Below, one piece after another: positions 63,873 through 64,000 of a stretch of DNA of 64,000 nucleotides. The position numbers and the translations under genes were made by a program. Origin of the DNA: Octopus sinensis (taxonomy: Eukaryota); NCBI RefSeq assembly GCF_006345805.1, contig NC_043006.1, positions 43,648,001 through 43,712,000 of the forward strand, read 5' to 3'. The notes below the pieces were generated by a model. It saw nothing but the letters and a program-made list of their open reading frames with translations, had not been told where the DNA came from and ran no database searches. The stretch's first letter is position 1. Every line of letters begins with the position of its first letter.

Positions 63873-64000
63873 AGGGGTACGTGTGGCTGTGTGGTAAGTA
63901 GCTTGCTTACCAGCCACATGGTTCCGAGTTCAGTCCTACTGCGTGGAACCTTGGGCAAGTGTCTTCTACTATAGCCTCGGGCCAACAAAAGCTTTGTGAG
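63873..64000 (+). mobile_element. SINE family A head, cut by the window edge
   Basis: GTGGCTGTGTGGTAAGTAGCTTGCTTACC...GAGTTCAGTCC...CCTTGGGCAAGTGTCTTCTACTATAGCC. Confidence 0.85.

Overview
AT-rich, microsatellite-dense eukaryotic DNA that looks like coleoid cephalopod, most likely Octopus. That assignment is inferred from the repeat families and the abundance of (TA)/(CA)/(TAA)/(GAT) repeats. The window lies inside a minus-strand misshapen-family Ste20 kinase gene (msn; MAP4K4/TNIK/MINK1 orthologue). I can support three coding exons, at 59561-59657, 18333-18457 and 1623-1851. They splice in frame across introns of about 41.1 kb and 16.5 kb to give NKTEVTSKDVERDRNRDRYSDRHREREAQKSS-A-MQSPRHNNSGVLPDLLPPHTPPQSRSPPMPQRPQDKSTSEE-YRQAVG...[10 protein letters not shown]...[13 protein letters not shown]...[22 protein letters not shown](G), ending at the start of the CNH domain. 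The kinase domain and the rest of the CNH domain lie outside the window. The introns hold at least six tRNA-headed or SINE-like families, decayed LINE fragments (R4/Dong-like, RTE-like, CR1-like), MITEs (piggyBac-, Tc1/mariner- and hAT-like) and simple repeats. Nearly all ORFs in the supplied track are microsatellite or SINE artefacts. The most interesting signal is two unrelated short elements, each inserted as a head-to-head fold-back dimer with flanking direct repeats (1093-1438 and 14913-15544). Each carries a decayed minimal hammerhead-ribozyme-like motif of the Penelope-retroelement type. One is a tRNA-headed SINE; the other has a candidate U3-A8 covariant core. Repeat boundaries are approximate (about +/-10-20 nt) unless a TSD or TIR is quoted. 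Family labels A-G are my own. No database search was run.
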